Assembly: GCA_964471695.1 (NCBI GenBank)
Contig: CAYYHV010000161.1
Span: 1-15,010 of the forward strand
From: an uncultured Pirellulaceae bacterium
GTDB lineage: Bacteria; Planctomycetota; Planctomycetia; Pirellulales; Pirellulaceae
Direction of reading: 5' to 3'
DNA: 15,010 bases
Program-made: the position numbers and the translations under genes
The notes under the pieces: model-generated
Told to the model about the DNA's origin: nothing
The model's input: only the letters and a program-made list of their open reading frames with translations
Database searches by the model: none
Shown here: piece after piece, positions 1-7,666 of the stretch
Layout: each line of letters begins with the position of its first letter
How positions within the stretch are numbered: the first letter of the stretch is position 1

Positions 1-1861
1 GACACCAATCTACGTTCAATCTGATAAGCGACTGAACGACGAGCAATATCGACTGGTAGTGGCTCGATCCGGTATCACAATATCGGCCGCGACCCTAAGA
101 GGCTTGGCCAGATCGACGGCTACGCTCATTCAGGTGATTGGTAATCACGCATCGGGAAGCATTCCGTGTTGTGAAATCAACGATTCTCCTCAATGTTCCT
201 ACCGCAGCTTTATGATGGATATCGGGCGAAATGCGCATAGCATCGAATGCCTCCATGAGACCATTGATTTGCTTTGGTATTACAAAGTCGATTCGTTACA
301 CCTCCACCTTACCGATGATCAACGATTCGCTTTTCCCTCTAAAGCGTTTCCCAAGTTGACTACGCAGCGGGGCAGTATAGCGTGGGATGAGTTTGCCGAT
401 CTTGAGGCTCAAGCCCGCTTGCTTGGCGTTTACATTATTCCCGAACTGGACGTCCCAGGACATTCAACGATCTTGCGCCGTGAATACCCAGACATCTTTG
501 GAAAATCTCCCTCCGATCTCGCGCAATCGGCCAAGTCGATAAAAGGATTGAAAACGCTTCTCACGGAGATGATCGAGCTATTCCCGAGTTCTCCCTACAT
601 CCATATTGGCGGCGACGAAGCTTACGGAGTCCCCGACGATACGCAACGATCGTTGATCAACGATCTCAACGCCTTTCTCAAAACGAAAAACAAAACGACG
701 CTCGTTTGGGAAGGCCCCCCTCAAGGAAAAGGGGCAAGCCGCGTGGATCCTGAGGTGATTCATATCAATTGGCGGACGATCAACTATCCAGCCGACAAGA
801 TGGTCGATGCCGGGCATCCAGTCGTCAACGCAGCCTGGGACCCGCTGTATATTGTCGATCACTATCCTCGCAACAACTTCACGATGGCATCGCCTGAGCG
901 AATCTATTCTCGTATGAAGCTGGAACGATTCGCCCACTTCAACCCCGACATCCCGACTTTCTCTCGTCCCGTCATGGTTCCGCCAACCAAGCGACTGATC
1001 GGGTTCTGCATGCCTTGGTGGGAAGGTCGCGAGGAGAATTTTTTCTCCATGATCGAACCGCGTATCGCGGCCTTTGCGGAAGTGGCTTGGGATCCAGGTC
1101 GAGAGCGCAATTATGACGCCTTCGCCCAGCGCGTTGCCACTACCGAAGCCTTCCGCCAACGGTTGTTCCACCCCGTTCGCATCACGGCTGAACCAGTCCG
1201 ACTGGAGCGCGAAGGCGTCTTTGATGATCGTACCAACATCCGTTTTCAATCAGACACAGCCGGAACAATTCGTTACACAGTCGACGGTAGTTTGCCGACA
1301 GTTGCCGCGAACGTAAGCAGTGGCGAACTGACCCTTGACAAGTCGACTCAGCTGCGAGCCGCACTGTTTCAAGACGGCAAGAAAATCGGCTTCGATACCC
1401 GCCGAAAGTTCACCAAGGTGACTCCGGAAGAAAACCTGGCGCTCGGCAAGCCGGTCAAAACGAATGTCAGCTCAGGCCCAGTGTTCTCCGTGGATCGTTT
1501 GACCGACGGCGGCACAGGCAACCTCGACTACTTTGTCGGCTATCCAGCCAAACCCAACCCGATCGAATTGACAATCGACCTTGAGGCAACCTATCCCGTG
1601 AACCGCGTTGTCGTCCACGCATTTCACAACGGGCGTGCATGGGAATCCTATAGGGTCCAAGTCTCACGGGATGGCAGCCGCTTTGAAACCGTTGCGGATC
1701 GCTCAAAGAAGCCGACCGAGTTTCTCCCCAAGGTCGTCCATGATTTTGACTCGAGAGACGCACGCTATGTCCGTATCTTGACCAAGGGATGTCAAGATAA
1801 CGTCTTCTCCGCATTCTCCCGCATCACGGAAATCCAAGTCTTCCAGGCCCCGTTGGAATAG
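1..1861 (+). CDS. Glycoside hydrolase family 20 (beta-N-acetylhexosaminidase-like) protein, 5'-truncated by the window edge. Catalytic (beta/alpha)8 domain followed by a hexosaminidase C-terminal-like beta domain and a C-terminal F5/8 type C (discoidin-like) domain
   Basis: The frame is open from nt 2 to the stop at 1859-1861. The ORF-track start at 59 is a GTG with no in-frame stop upstream, so the true start lies outside the window. GH20 hallmarks read directly in the translation: 'YRSFMMDIGRN' (R-x-x-M-x-D-x-x-R), 'HLHLTDDQ' (nt ~299-322), 'ELDVPGH', and 'IHIGGDEAYG' (the H-x-G-G-D-E catalytic Asp-Glu pair, nt ~602-628). The last ~150 aa ('DGGTGNLDYFVGYPAKPNPIELTIDLEATYPVNRVVVHAFHNGRAWESYRVQVSRDGSRFETVADRS') follow the pattern of an F5/8 type C / discoidin domain. 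Confidence 0.8.
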   Translation, partial: TPIYVQSDKRLNDEQYRLVVARSGITISAATLRGLARSTATLIQVIGNHASGSIPCCEINDSPQCSYRSFMMDIGRNAHSIECLHETIDLLWYYKVDSLHLHLTDDQRFAFPSKAFPKLTTQRGSIAWDEFADLEAQARLLGVYIIPELDVPGHSTILRREYPDIFGKSPSDLAQSAKSIKGLKTLLTEMIELFPSSPYIHIGGDEAYGVPDDTQRSLINDLNAFLKTKNKTTLVWEGPPQGKGASRVDPEVIHINWRTINYPADKMVDAGHPVVNAAWDPLYIVDHYPRNNFTMASPERIYSRMKLERFAHFNPDIPTFSRPVMVPPTKRLIGFCMPWWEGREENFFSMIEPRIAAFAEVAWDPGRERNYDAFAQRVATTEAFRQRLFHPVRITAEPVRLEREGVFDDRTNIRFQSDTAGTIRYTVDGSLPTVAANVSSGELTLDKSTQLRAALFQDGKKIGFDTRRKFTKVTPEENLALGKPVKTNVSSGPVFSVDRLTDGGTGNLDYFVGYPAKPNPIELTIDLEATYPVNRVVVHAFHNGRAWESYRVQVSRDGSRFETVADRSKKPTEFLPKVVHDFDSRDARYVRILTKGCQDNVFSAFSRITEIQVFQAPLE

Positions 1862-1934
1862 GCAACGCCACCCGACCGGCTAACGCGTCCGAGAGCGCCT
1901 TATGCTCAATGGACAGACCATGAACTTAACTTAC

Positions 1935-2543
1935 TTAGATGGACACCGTTTCATTGATCATTTGGATTGTGCGATCTCCATCCTCGTCGACTTTGAGCAC
2001 CGATCTCGAACAATTGTCCAATAGCGGCTCCTTCCACATCTGTGAAAGTTCCATACCGAGGTAATGAGCCAAGATGGCTTTGAGTATTCCACCGTGACTG
2101 ACGACTAGTACCTCGCCTGAACTCTCGTTACTGATAATCTGCTCAATCGACTGGACGCCACGATCCTGCAACTCGCAGAATCGTTCAGCCCCTTCCACAT
2201 AGAAGCGGTCTGGGCGCGACATAAAGTTCTCAAACTGAGTCGGATCGGATTCGCGAAACTCCGACCATAGCCGTTGTTGCCACGGCCCCATATAGATTTC
2301 TCTCAGGTCATCAATTTCAGCTACAGGCAGTGCAAGATTTGCGTTGAGAATTTCCGTCGTTTGTCGAGCCCGCAGATTGGAACTCGAGTAGACCGACGTG
2401 ATTCCAAGTCCCTCGATGGTTGGTCGCAGCGATTGTGCTTGAAGACGCCCCGTATCATTCAGAATGGAATCAAATTGCCCTTGGACTCTGGATTCTCTAT
2501 TGAAGTTGGTTTCGCCATGGCGAACCAAATGAAGTTGCAACAT
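1935..2543 (-). CDS. Histidine phosphatase superfamily (branch 1, phosphoglycerate-mutase-like) protein. Could be alpha-ribazole-phosphatase/PhoE-like; the subfamily cannot be resolved by eye
   Basis: 202-aa ORF. The N-terminal '[12 protein letters not shown]' carries the R-H-G phosphohistidine motif at residues 8-10. A second conserved His lies in 'VLVVSHGGILKAIL'. Size and motif spacing are typical of the PGAM-like family. It is convergent with the GH20 gene. Confidence 0.85.
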   Translation of the reverse strand: MLQLHLVRHGETNFNRESRVQGQFDSILNDTGRLQAQSLRPTIEGLGITSVYSSSNLRARQTTEILNANLALPVAEIDDLREIYMGPWQQRLWSEFRESDPTQFENFMSRPDRFYVEGAERFCELQDRGVQSIEQIISNESSGEVLVVSHGGILKAILAHYLGMELSQMWKEPLLDNCSRSVLKVDEDGDRTIQMINETVSI

Positions 2544-2736
2544 CGCTGAAAAGTGCCTTGCCTGAGTATTTGACGACTTGACCGAAAGTGATCAAGCCAG
2601 TTCCGCAGGATATCAAATACTCAAACTCTTCGCGATCTGGGGGCACGTAACTCTCGAGGAGATACGTAGCCAAACCTTGAGCTAGTCCCCAATCCAAGAG
2701 CATCGACCGGCTCATTGATCCCCAGTCGGACCTCAT
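2497..2736 (-). CDS. Hypothetical small protein (79 aa), possibly translationally coupled to the upstream DUF1559 gene
   Basis: Its ATG (2736-2734 on the minus strand) overlaps the TGA stop of the DUF1559 gene (2735-2733) in an ATGA arrangement. No recognisable motif. Its last ~15 codons overlap the start of the histidine-phosphatase gene in another frame, which lowers confidence. Confidence 0.3.
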   Translation of the reverse strand: MRSDWGSMSRSMLLDWGLAQGLATYLLESYVPPDREEFEYLISCGTGLITFGQVVKYSGKALFSDVATSFGSPWRNQLQ

Positions 2737-3836
2737 TCGGAAATGTGCGGTTCAATCTGGAATCCAGAAACGCCGCCACGCTTGCCGTTTGGCGTCATAT
2801 GCGATTTGTAGACAACACGATCTATACCATTGGCCAGCGTTTTGACAGAACCGTCGACCATTGCAACAGTCACTCCACCAGGGTGACTGGAGGAAAGAAA
2901 CGGTTGCACTTCCGCATCGTCGACGTTGGGCAAGCCGCTCGGTCCATTTCCTTGCGGCGGATCGGCGTAGTTTGTCGCATTCGTAGCTTCGGTATCAACG
3001 GGAAACACAAAGGCACAATTGATAATTGATGGATTCGTCCAATTGTGCTGCAGAGCGATACGGGTTCTGGCAAAACCCGTGCGATAGTTTTCGCCGAACA
3101 AGATCGTATGACTGGTTCCGTCATACATTTTGTCAATTGATAAACTGTAGTTCTTATCCCGGACCTGTACCCAAGAGACTCCCGTGCCACGTGTAATTCT
3201 CGAGTCCTGCCGGTCGAGTAATTCCCCATTCTGATTCCAATCGATTGGCACATTGTTGTGTGAGTGCATACTCTGAACCGGCGGTAGTGATCCAGAGCGA
3301 TCTGCTCGATCGTAATCTCGAATGATCTCCATACTCGCTACACCAGCATTGATGACGTACACCAAATCACCTGGTGCTCGATTTGGTTTGCCCGGACACA
3401 AACCTGCTTCGAGATCATTCTGACCAATCGGCTTGTTCATCAAATCGGACCATGGCACATTAAAATCCCATTGACTGTAGAGATTGTTCTCCTCCAAATA
3501 CGGAAGCAGTGTCACGACCCAACTGTGTCCGGGCGAACAAAACGTTTCGTGAGCCGATGGACCACCACCGCCCGGTGTGCCGGGCCCAACGGGTTGAAAT
3601 TTCCCATAGGCCGGAATCTTCTGACGAGCAGCATTCGCGTAGTTTGCAGATGCCAGATGAAGTTGATGAAGCTTGTTCTTGCATTGCACAACCCTGGCGG
3701 CTTCTCGAGCCGATTGAACGGCCGGCAGCAGGAGCGCAACAAGAATCCCAATAATGGCGATGACCACCAGCAATTCGACCAAAGTGAATGCTGTTCGATT
3801 AAATTCACGTGAGCGCAGCCGCAAAGATGTTGTCAT
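2733..3836 (-). CDS. DUF1559 / prepilin-type N-terminal cleavage-methylation domain protein (pseudopilin-like, H-x9-DG family typical of Planctomycetes)
   Basis: The N-terminus '[53 protein letters not shown]' is a classic type-II-secretion/type-IV-pilin-like leader plus hydrophobic helix, followed by the conserved DUF1559 core. The C-terminus contains '[17 protein letters not shown]', an exact H-x9-DG motif. Confidence 0.9.
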   Translation of the reverse strand: MTTSLRLRSREFNRTAFTLVELLVVIAIIGILVALLLPAVQSAREAARVVQCKNKLHQLHLASANYANAARQKIPAYGKFQPVGPGTPGGGGPSAHETFCSPGHSWVVTLLPYLEENNLYSQWDFNVPWSDLMNKPIGQNDLEAGLCPGKPNRAPGDLVYVINAGVASMEIIRDYDRADRSGSLPPVQSMHSHNNVPIDWNQNGELLDRQDSRITRGTGVSWVQVRDKNYSLSIDKMYDGTSHTILFGENYRTGFARTRIALQHNWTNPSIINCAFVFPVDTEATNATNYADPPQGNGPSGLPNVDDAEVQPFLSSSHPGGVTVAMVDGSVKTLANGIDRVVYKSHMTPNGKRGGVSGFQIEPHISE

Positions 3837-4318
3837 CAGAATTGCCCTTTAAAAAACAGTTTCTCCTTGAGCCGTCCGACAGACCGGAAGGCAACGACTT
3901 GGATATGCCCTATTCACCAGATGCCTGAATTCGCGAATAGAGCCCAATGACTTAAACTCAACCCGCCCCGTCAAACTAGGTAAGCGACTCTCGACTCTGA
4001 CGTTCTCGCGACATCGTTTGTCTCGCACCCGACAACTTATTCGCCTCGACGCCAGGCCCCCAAAAAAGACTCAAAACACCGGGGAAAACTGAGCGCAAAC
4101 GACTTCATGACAAACATGGCGTGATTTTGTCGCTTGAATTTGTGAGGGACGAAGTGATCTTCTCAGCCGCAGCCGATGGAAATCGAACCACAACATGTGG
4201 GCGGCAAAGAAGAAAAGATTTGGCGCGCCCCGACGTCGTCAATTACGCCTTACAAGTGTCGTACTTCATTTGGTTTTGGACACGGGTTTTAACTCGACTC
4301 CAACGAACTGAGGATCGT
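3837..4318. promoter_or_regulatory. Divergent intergenic region expected to hold promoters for the DUF1559 gene (-) and the NfeD-like/flotillin operon (+). No confident -35/-10 assignment
   Basis: A ~480-nt non-coding gap between divergently oriented genes. A GAGGA (4310-4314) lies 4 nt upstream of the ATG at 4319. Promoter hexamers cannot be called reliably by eye in this taxon. Confidence 0.3.
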
Positions 4319-5044
4319 ATGGAATTCATTCGATTGTGTTTCGCACCGGCGACGGCACCATTCACCCTACTGTTGGGACTGGTGGTACTCTACTGGTGCA
4401 TGTGTATCCTCGGCGCTGTCGGAATGGACACGCTGGATTTTGATCTCGATGTCGACGGCGACGTTGACCTCGATCTTGATTTTGATGTCGACGCGGATGT
4501 CGATCTCGATGTGGACGCAGGCTTGGATGTGGATGCAGACGCCGATGTAGAAGTCGACGGCTTACCCACCTGGGTTTGGGTTCTAAAGTTTTTCAACCTT
4601 GGCGAAGTTCCGCTGACGATTCTGCTCAGCATGTTGATCTTCTGCCTGTGGGCAATGAGCCTGACGTTGAACGCAAAATGGAATGTTTCGCAGGAATTGG
4701 GCATGTCTTTGCTTCTGCTGATTCCCAATGTGCTCACCAGCTTGTTGACCACGAAGATTCTGACGGCTCCCTTCCGTCCCATCTTCAAGCGTGCAAAAGA
4801 AGGGATCGCGGCTCCACTACGAATCGTGGGTAAGCGAGTGTTTGTGACGACAGGCGAAGTCACCGACTCGTTCGGTCAGGCAGAACTCTGCCAGGCTGAA
4901 GAGTCGTCGGATGGCCCAATCACTTTGAATATTCGCAGCCGTGATGGCTTGCGTTTAACCAAAGGCGACGAGGCGCTGGTTGTCGATCACGATGCAGATT
5001 CGGATACGTTTTTCGTTGTTCCCTTTGATTTGGGAGTGAATTAA
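4319..5044 (+). CDS. YqiJ/NfeD-like (short NfeD homologue) integral membrane protein with a C-terminal OB-fold-like domain. Partner of the downstream flotillin
   Basis: Start chosen at ATG 4319, preceded by GAGGA. The ORF-track start at 4121 would add a 66-aa non-hydrophobic extension with no support. Predicted hydrophobic helices: 'FTLLLGLVVLYWCMCILGAV', 'WVWVLKFFNLGEVPLTILLSMLIFCLWAMSL' and 'MSLLLLIPNVLTSLLTTKILTAPF'. The C-terminus 'RIVGKRVFVTTGEVTDSFGQAELCQAEESSDGPITLNIRSRDGLRLTKGDEALVVDHDADSDTFFVVP' matches the beta-barrel pattern of NfeD/YuaF/YqiJ C-terminal domains. Stop TAA (5042-5044) directly abuts the ATG (5045) of the flotillin gene. Confidence 0.7.
   Translation: MEFIRLCFAPATAPFTLLLGLVVLYWCMCILGAVGMDTLDFDLDVDGDVDLDLDFDVDADVDLDVDAGLDVDADADVEVDGLPTWVWVLKFFNLGEVPLTILLSMLIFCLWAMSLTLNAKWNVSQELGMSLLLLIPNVLTSLLTTKILTAPFRPIFKRAKEGIAAPLRIVGKRVFVTTGEVTDSFGQAELCQAEESSDGPITLNIRSRDGLRLTKGDEALVVDHDADSDTFFVVPFDLGVN
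4427..4561 (+). repeat. Cryptic hexanucleotide-period coding repeat (GAT/GAC-NNN)n. It encodes an alternating Asp-hydrophobic tract 'DTLDFDLDVDGDVDLDLDFDVDADVDLDVDAGLDVDADADVEVDG' inside the NfeD-like gene
   Basis: Direct reading: repeated 'gatgtcgac' / 'gatctcgat' units, with several GTCGAC sites. Asp occupies every second position for ~45 residues. The antisense strand gives the S/T-rich shadow ORF 4390..4863. Confidence 0.85.
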
Positions 5045-7264
5045 ATGCTTGCTACGTTACCCCTTGGATTGGCCTCGGAAATTTTCACCATCGCGATATC
5101 CTTCGTGATTCTCGTCTTGGTGGGTGCCACGGCCATGTTTATCAAACTTTATCAGAAGGTGGATCAGGGCACTGCTCTGGTCAAAAACGGGTTTGGTGGA
5201 GCCACGGTCAGTTTCACGGGCATGATGGTAATTCCCATTTTGCACCGTTCGGAACGTATGGACATCTCCGTCAAGCGGATCGAAATCTATCGCCACGGCG
5301 ATACGGGTTTGATCTGTATGGACAACATTCGTGCCGACATCAAAGTCGTGTTCTTTGTGCGAGTCAACAAGACTGCCCAGGACGTGATGCGAGTCGCCCA
5401 GTTGCTGGGTTGTAAGCGAGCTTCGGATGAAGCGGAACTGGTCAAACTGTTTGACGCCAAGTTCTCTGAAGCCTTGAAAACGGTTGGTAAACAATTTGAG
5501 TTTGTCGACCTTTACAACTCGCGAGATCGCTTTAAGGACGAAATCCTGAAGACCATCGGCACGGACCTCAATGGTTATGTGCTCGATGACGCTGCGATTG
5601 ACTATCTGGAACAGACGCCGATCGACATGCTGAATAAGGACAACATCCTTGATGCGGAAGGTATTAAAAAGATCACGGACTTGACGGCTCAACAGCAGGT
5701 CCTGGCCAATAACATTCGACGTGATCGCGAAATGACGATCACGAAGCAGGATGTTGAAGCCAAGGAAGCCATCCTGCAGCTGGAACGTCAACAAGCCGAG
5801 GCTGAAGAGAAGCAGAAGCGAGAGATCGCCGAAGTGACTTCGCGGCAAACGGCCGAAGCCGAGATCGTAAAACAGCAAGAGCGATTGCGATCCGAACAGG
5901 CTCGTATCGCGGCTGAGGAAGAAATCCAGGTCGCCGAAGAGAATAAGCTACGACAAGTCATCGTGGCTCAAAAGGCAAAAGAACGTACGACGGCAGTCGA
6001 AACCGAACGCGTCGAGCGGGACCGAGCCCTTGAGGCGACCGAACGAGAACGACTTGTTACGCTGGCGGAAATCGACAAAGAAAAGTCGGTCGAAGTCGAG
6101 CGCAAGGCGATCCAGGATGTGATTCGGGAACGAGTCGCCGTGGAACGCACCGTCGTCGACGAAGAGGAAAAGATCAAAGATACCCGCGAATTCGCGACTG
6201 CAGAACGAGCCAAACAGGTTGCTGTTACGGCTGCCGAGATGCAGGCCGAACAGGAACTGGTAAAAGAGATCAAGGCTGCCGAAGCGGCCAAGCAAGCCGC
6301 GGAACACGAAGCCGAGCAGGTCCTTATTACGGCCGAGGCTCGACGAGCTGCTGCCGAGAAGGATACCGAAGCCAAGAAGCTACACGCCGAAGGCATCACC
6401 GCTACCACAGCGGCTCCGGGATTGGCACAAGCCGAAGTGATTGCCGCAACTGCTTCCGCCAAGGAAAAGCAAGGTGTGGTCGAAGCCATTATCCTGCAAC
6501 GCAAGGCAGAAGCCGAAGCGCAAGGATTGGCTGCGAAAGCCGAAGCGATCGAGAAGGAAGGTACTGCTGAAGCCAAGGTCCTCGAACTCAAGTTCAAGGC
6601 CGATGCGGATGGTATCCGAGAGAAAGCCGAAGCGATGAAGCAACTCGATATGGTCGGCCGCGACCACGAGGAATTCAAATTGCAGCTTGAGAAAGAGCAA
6701 GCCGTCGAACTGAAGGAGATCGAGGCTCAAATGGAAATCGCGACTCGCCAAGCCGAAGTTATGAGCGCTGCTCTCAAATCGGCAAGAATCGACATCGTCG
6801 GCGGCGACAGCAATTTCTTCGACAAGATCGTCGGCTCGATTGCCAACGGCAAATCCGTCGATCGGCTGCTGGAGAATAGCAACGCCTTGAATGACGTGAA
6901 GCAAGCCTTCCTCGGAAATGGCTCGGCGAACGGCACCAATGGCAATAGTGGTACCAACGGCCAAGCGAGTCCCAACGGCATTGGCAGCATTGCCGAAACC
7001 CTGGGCCTCACGGGCTCAGGCGGCTTGACCGACAAACTGCGAGACATCGCAGCTCGGTTAGGCATCGGTGCGGAAGATATCAAGACGATGTCCGTAGCGG
7101 CTTTGATCAGCCAGATGATGGCTCGATCGGATGACCGCGGCGAACAGTCCGAACTGAAAAAGCTGCTCAAAGCAGCCAAGCAGATCGGCGTTGAAAAAGA
7201 ATCGGCTGCATCCGTTGTAGAAAAACTCGGTGAATCCGACAGCGAACCAGTTGCGACCAGTTAA
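5045..7264 (+). CDS. Flotillin-family SPFH/band-7 protein (YqiK/FloT-like) with an unusually long central coiled-coil
   Basis: N-terminal hydrophobic helix 'IFTIAISFVILVLVGATAMFI', then an SPFH core ('GTALVKNGFGGATVSFTGMMVIPILHRSERMDISVKRIEI', 'NIRADIKVVFFVRV'). Next comes a ~250-aa E/A/K/Q/R-rich heptad region ('EAKEAILQLERQQAEAEEKQKREIAEVTSRQTAEAEIVKQQERLR...'), characteristic of flotillin EA-repeats. The tail is G/N/S-rich. Tight TAA-ATG junction with the upstream NfeD-like gene, the canonical nfeD-flotillin operon arrangement. Confidence 0.9.
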   Translation: MLATLPLGLASEIFTIAISFVILVLVGATAMFIKLYQKVDQGTALVKNGFGGATVSFTGMMVIPILHRSERMDISVKRIEIYRHGDTGLICMDNIRADIKVVFFVRVNKTAQDVMRVAQLLGCKRASDEAELVKLFDAKFSEALKTVGKQFEFVDLYNSRDRFKDEILKTIGTDLNGYVLDDAAIDYLEQTPIDMLNKDNILDAEGIKKITDLTAQQQVLANNIRRDREMTITKQDVEAKEAILQLERQQAEAEEKQKREIAEVTSRQTAEAEIVKQQERLRSEQARIAAEEEIQVAEENKLRQVIVAQKAKERTTAVETERVERDRALEATERERLVTLAEIDKEKSVEVERKAIQDVIRERVAVERTVVDEEEKIKDTREFATAERAKQVAVTAAEMQAEQELVKEIKAAEAAKQAAEHEAEQVLITAEARRAAAEKDTEAKKLHAEGITATTAAPGLAQAEVIAATASAKEKQGVVEAIILQRKAEAEAQGLAAKAEAIEKEGTAEAKVLELKFKADADGIREKAEAMKQLDMVGRDHEEFKLQLEKEQAVELKEIEAQMEIATRQAEVMSAALKSARIDIVGGDSNFFDKIVGSIANGKSVDRLLENSNALNDVKQAFLGNGSANGTNGNSGTNGQASPNGIGSIAETLGLTGSGGLTDKLRDIAARLGIGAEDIKTMSVAALISQMMARSDDRGEQSELKKLLKAAKQIGVEKESAASVVEKLGESDSEPVATS

Positions 7265-7288
7265 GGTCACAACAGGTGTTTTAAAAAT

Positions 7289-7335
7289 GGCGAGGGCGGT
7301 GCAGGATGCGTGGAACCCCAGACACGCACCTCGCC
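7289..7335 (+). other. Imperfect GC-rich hairpin ~25 nt after the flotillin stop (no U-tract)
   Basis: Outer stem ggcgagg (7289-7295) / cctcgcc (7329-7335). Nested stem gcgtg (7308-7312) / cacgc (7323-7327). Read from sequence. Confidence 0.4.
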
Positions 7336-7342
7336 GCCCAAA

Positions 7343-7376
7343 CCGCCGGTGACTACTGGAAGCGGCGGCTACCGCC
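7343..7376 (+). other. Hairpin ccgccg (7343-7348) / cggcgg (7363-7368) with a 14-nt loop 'gtgactactggaag', plus an alternative pairing partner ccgcc (7372-7376)
   Basis: Read from sequence: the middle segment can pair with either flanking segment, giving two mutually exclusive conformations. Confidence 0.4.
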
Positions 7377-7523
7377 TAATCGCACACGCATTAACCCCGA
7401 AGGGGTGGCAGCCCAGTTGCTGTCGCCTCAACGAGGCTGGAGTTAAGATAACCAACGCAATCACACGGCTGACGCCGTGGGCTATGTGCTGTCGCCACTC
7501 CGTGGCTGTTACGAATTAGAGTA

Positions 7524-7590
7524 GTGAGCGGCGAGGCGTTAGCCGCCGGTGGACACTGCAGATACCGGCGGCTGGGTCCTTACCGCTCAC
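7524..7590 (+). other. 67-nt two-tier GC-rich hairpin (candidate RNA structural or protein-binding element), ~77 nt upstream of the giant ORF start
   Basis: Outer stem gtgagcgg (7524-7531) / ccgctcac (7583-7590), 8 bp. Symmetric 10x10 internal loop. Inner stem gccgccgg (7542-7549) / ccggcggc (7565-7572), 8 bp. 15-nt loop 'tggacactgcagata'. The inner hairpin is a near-copy of the hairpin at 7343-7368: 'ccgccggtgactactgga...cggcggct' versus 'ccgccggtggacactgca...ccggcggct'. Confidence 0.55.
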
Positions 7591-7666
7591 GACGGCCATA
7601 TAGTTTTCGATCTAATGCACAGAACCTGGAACACGGTTCGCCTAACACAAGGAAAGCGAAAAAAAG

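Larger units (their letters stand above)
7265..7666 (+). promoter_or_regulatory. GC-rich, highly structured ~400-nt intergenic region / putative 5' leader of the giant ATPase gene. It may hold an internal promoter, an attenuator or an RNA element
   Basis: Several GC-rich inverted repeats are readable directly. Their coordinates are given in the hairpin features below (7289..7335, 7343..7376, 7524..7590). There is no U-tract after the first hairpin. An AGGA-containing stretch 'aaggaaag' (7649-7656) lies ~10 nt upstream of ATG 7667. Confidence 0.4.

Noticed and set aside
578-1249. 223-aa minus-strand ORF inside the GH20 gene (plus small ORFs 904..1110, 1074..1316, 1182..1364, 1467..1814)
   Set aside because: They overlap a CDS with unambiguous GH20 motifs on the plus strand, and no motifs of their own are recognisable. 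Typical GC-rich antisense ORFs.
4121-4318. Upstream extension of the NfeD-like ORF (ORF-track start at 4121)
   Set aside because: The 66 extra residues are non-hydrophobic and Arg/Cys-rich with no motif. The ATG at 4319 is preceded by GAGGA and begins exactly at the first TM helix, as in YqiJ/NfeD proteins.
3837-4318. Specific -35/-10 promoter hexamers in the divergent intergenic region
   Set aside because: Several weak TTGxxx/TAxxxT-like candidates exist, but none with convincing spacing. Planctomycete promoter consensus is poorly defined, so only the region is annotated.
4390-4863. 157-aa minus-strand ORF with an S/T/A/K-rich low-complexity product
   Set aside because: It is the reverse-complement shadow of the (GAT/GAC-NNN)n Asp-repeat and the TM-coding region of the NfeD-like gene. 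It has no start context or independent signal.
5968-6678. 236-aa minus-strand Ala/Ser/Cys-rich ORF (and neighbouring minus ORFs 5057..5878, 5948..6307, 6380..6964, 6727..7179)
   Set aside because: They are antisense shadows of the GC-rich, GAA/GCC-repetitive coiled-coil coding region of flotillin. The flotillin frame has clear SPFH homology, while these have none.
7310-7519. 69-aa Pro-rich ORF (and 7524..7706, 60 aa) inside the structured intergenic region
   Set aside because: The composition reflects GC-rich palindromic sequence, not coding periodicity. It overlaps the hairpins and has no RBS. It is better explained as non-coding structured RNA/DNA.
7265-7666. Possibility that the structured region is a known housekeeping ncRNA (tmRNA, RNase P RNA, 6S, SRP) or a known riboswitch
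   Set aside because: I could not find the conserved cores of these RNAs: no tmRNA tRNA-like 3' end, no RNase P 'AGGAAAGUCCGGGCUC'-type P4 sequences, no SRP domain IV 'GGAA..AGCAG' hairpin context. I leave it as an unclassified structured element.
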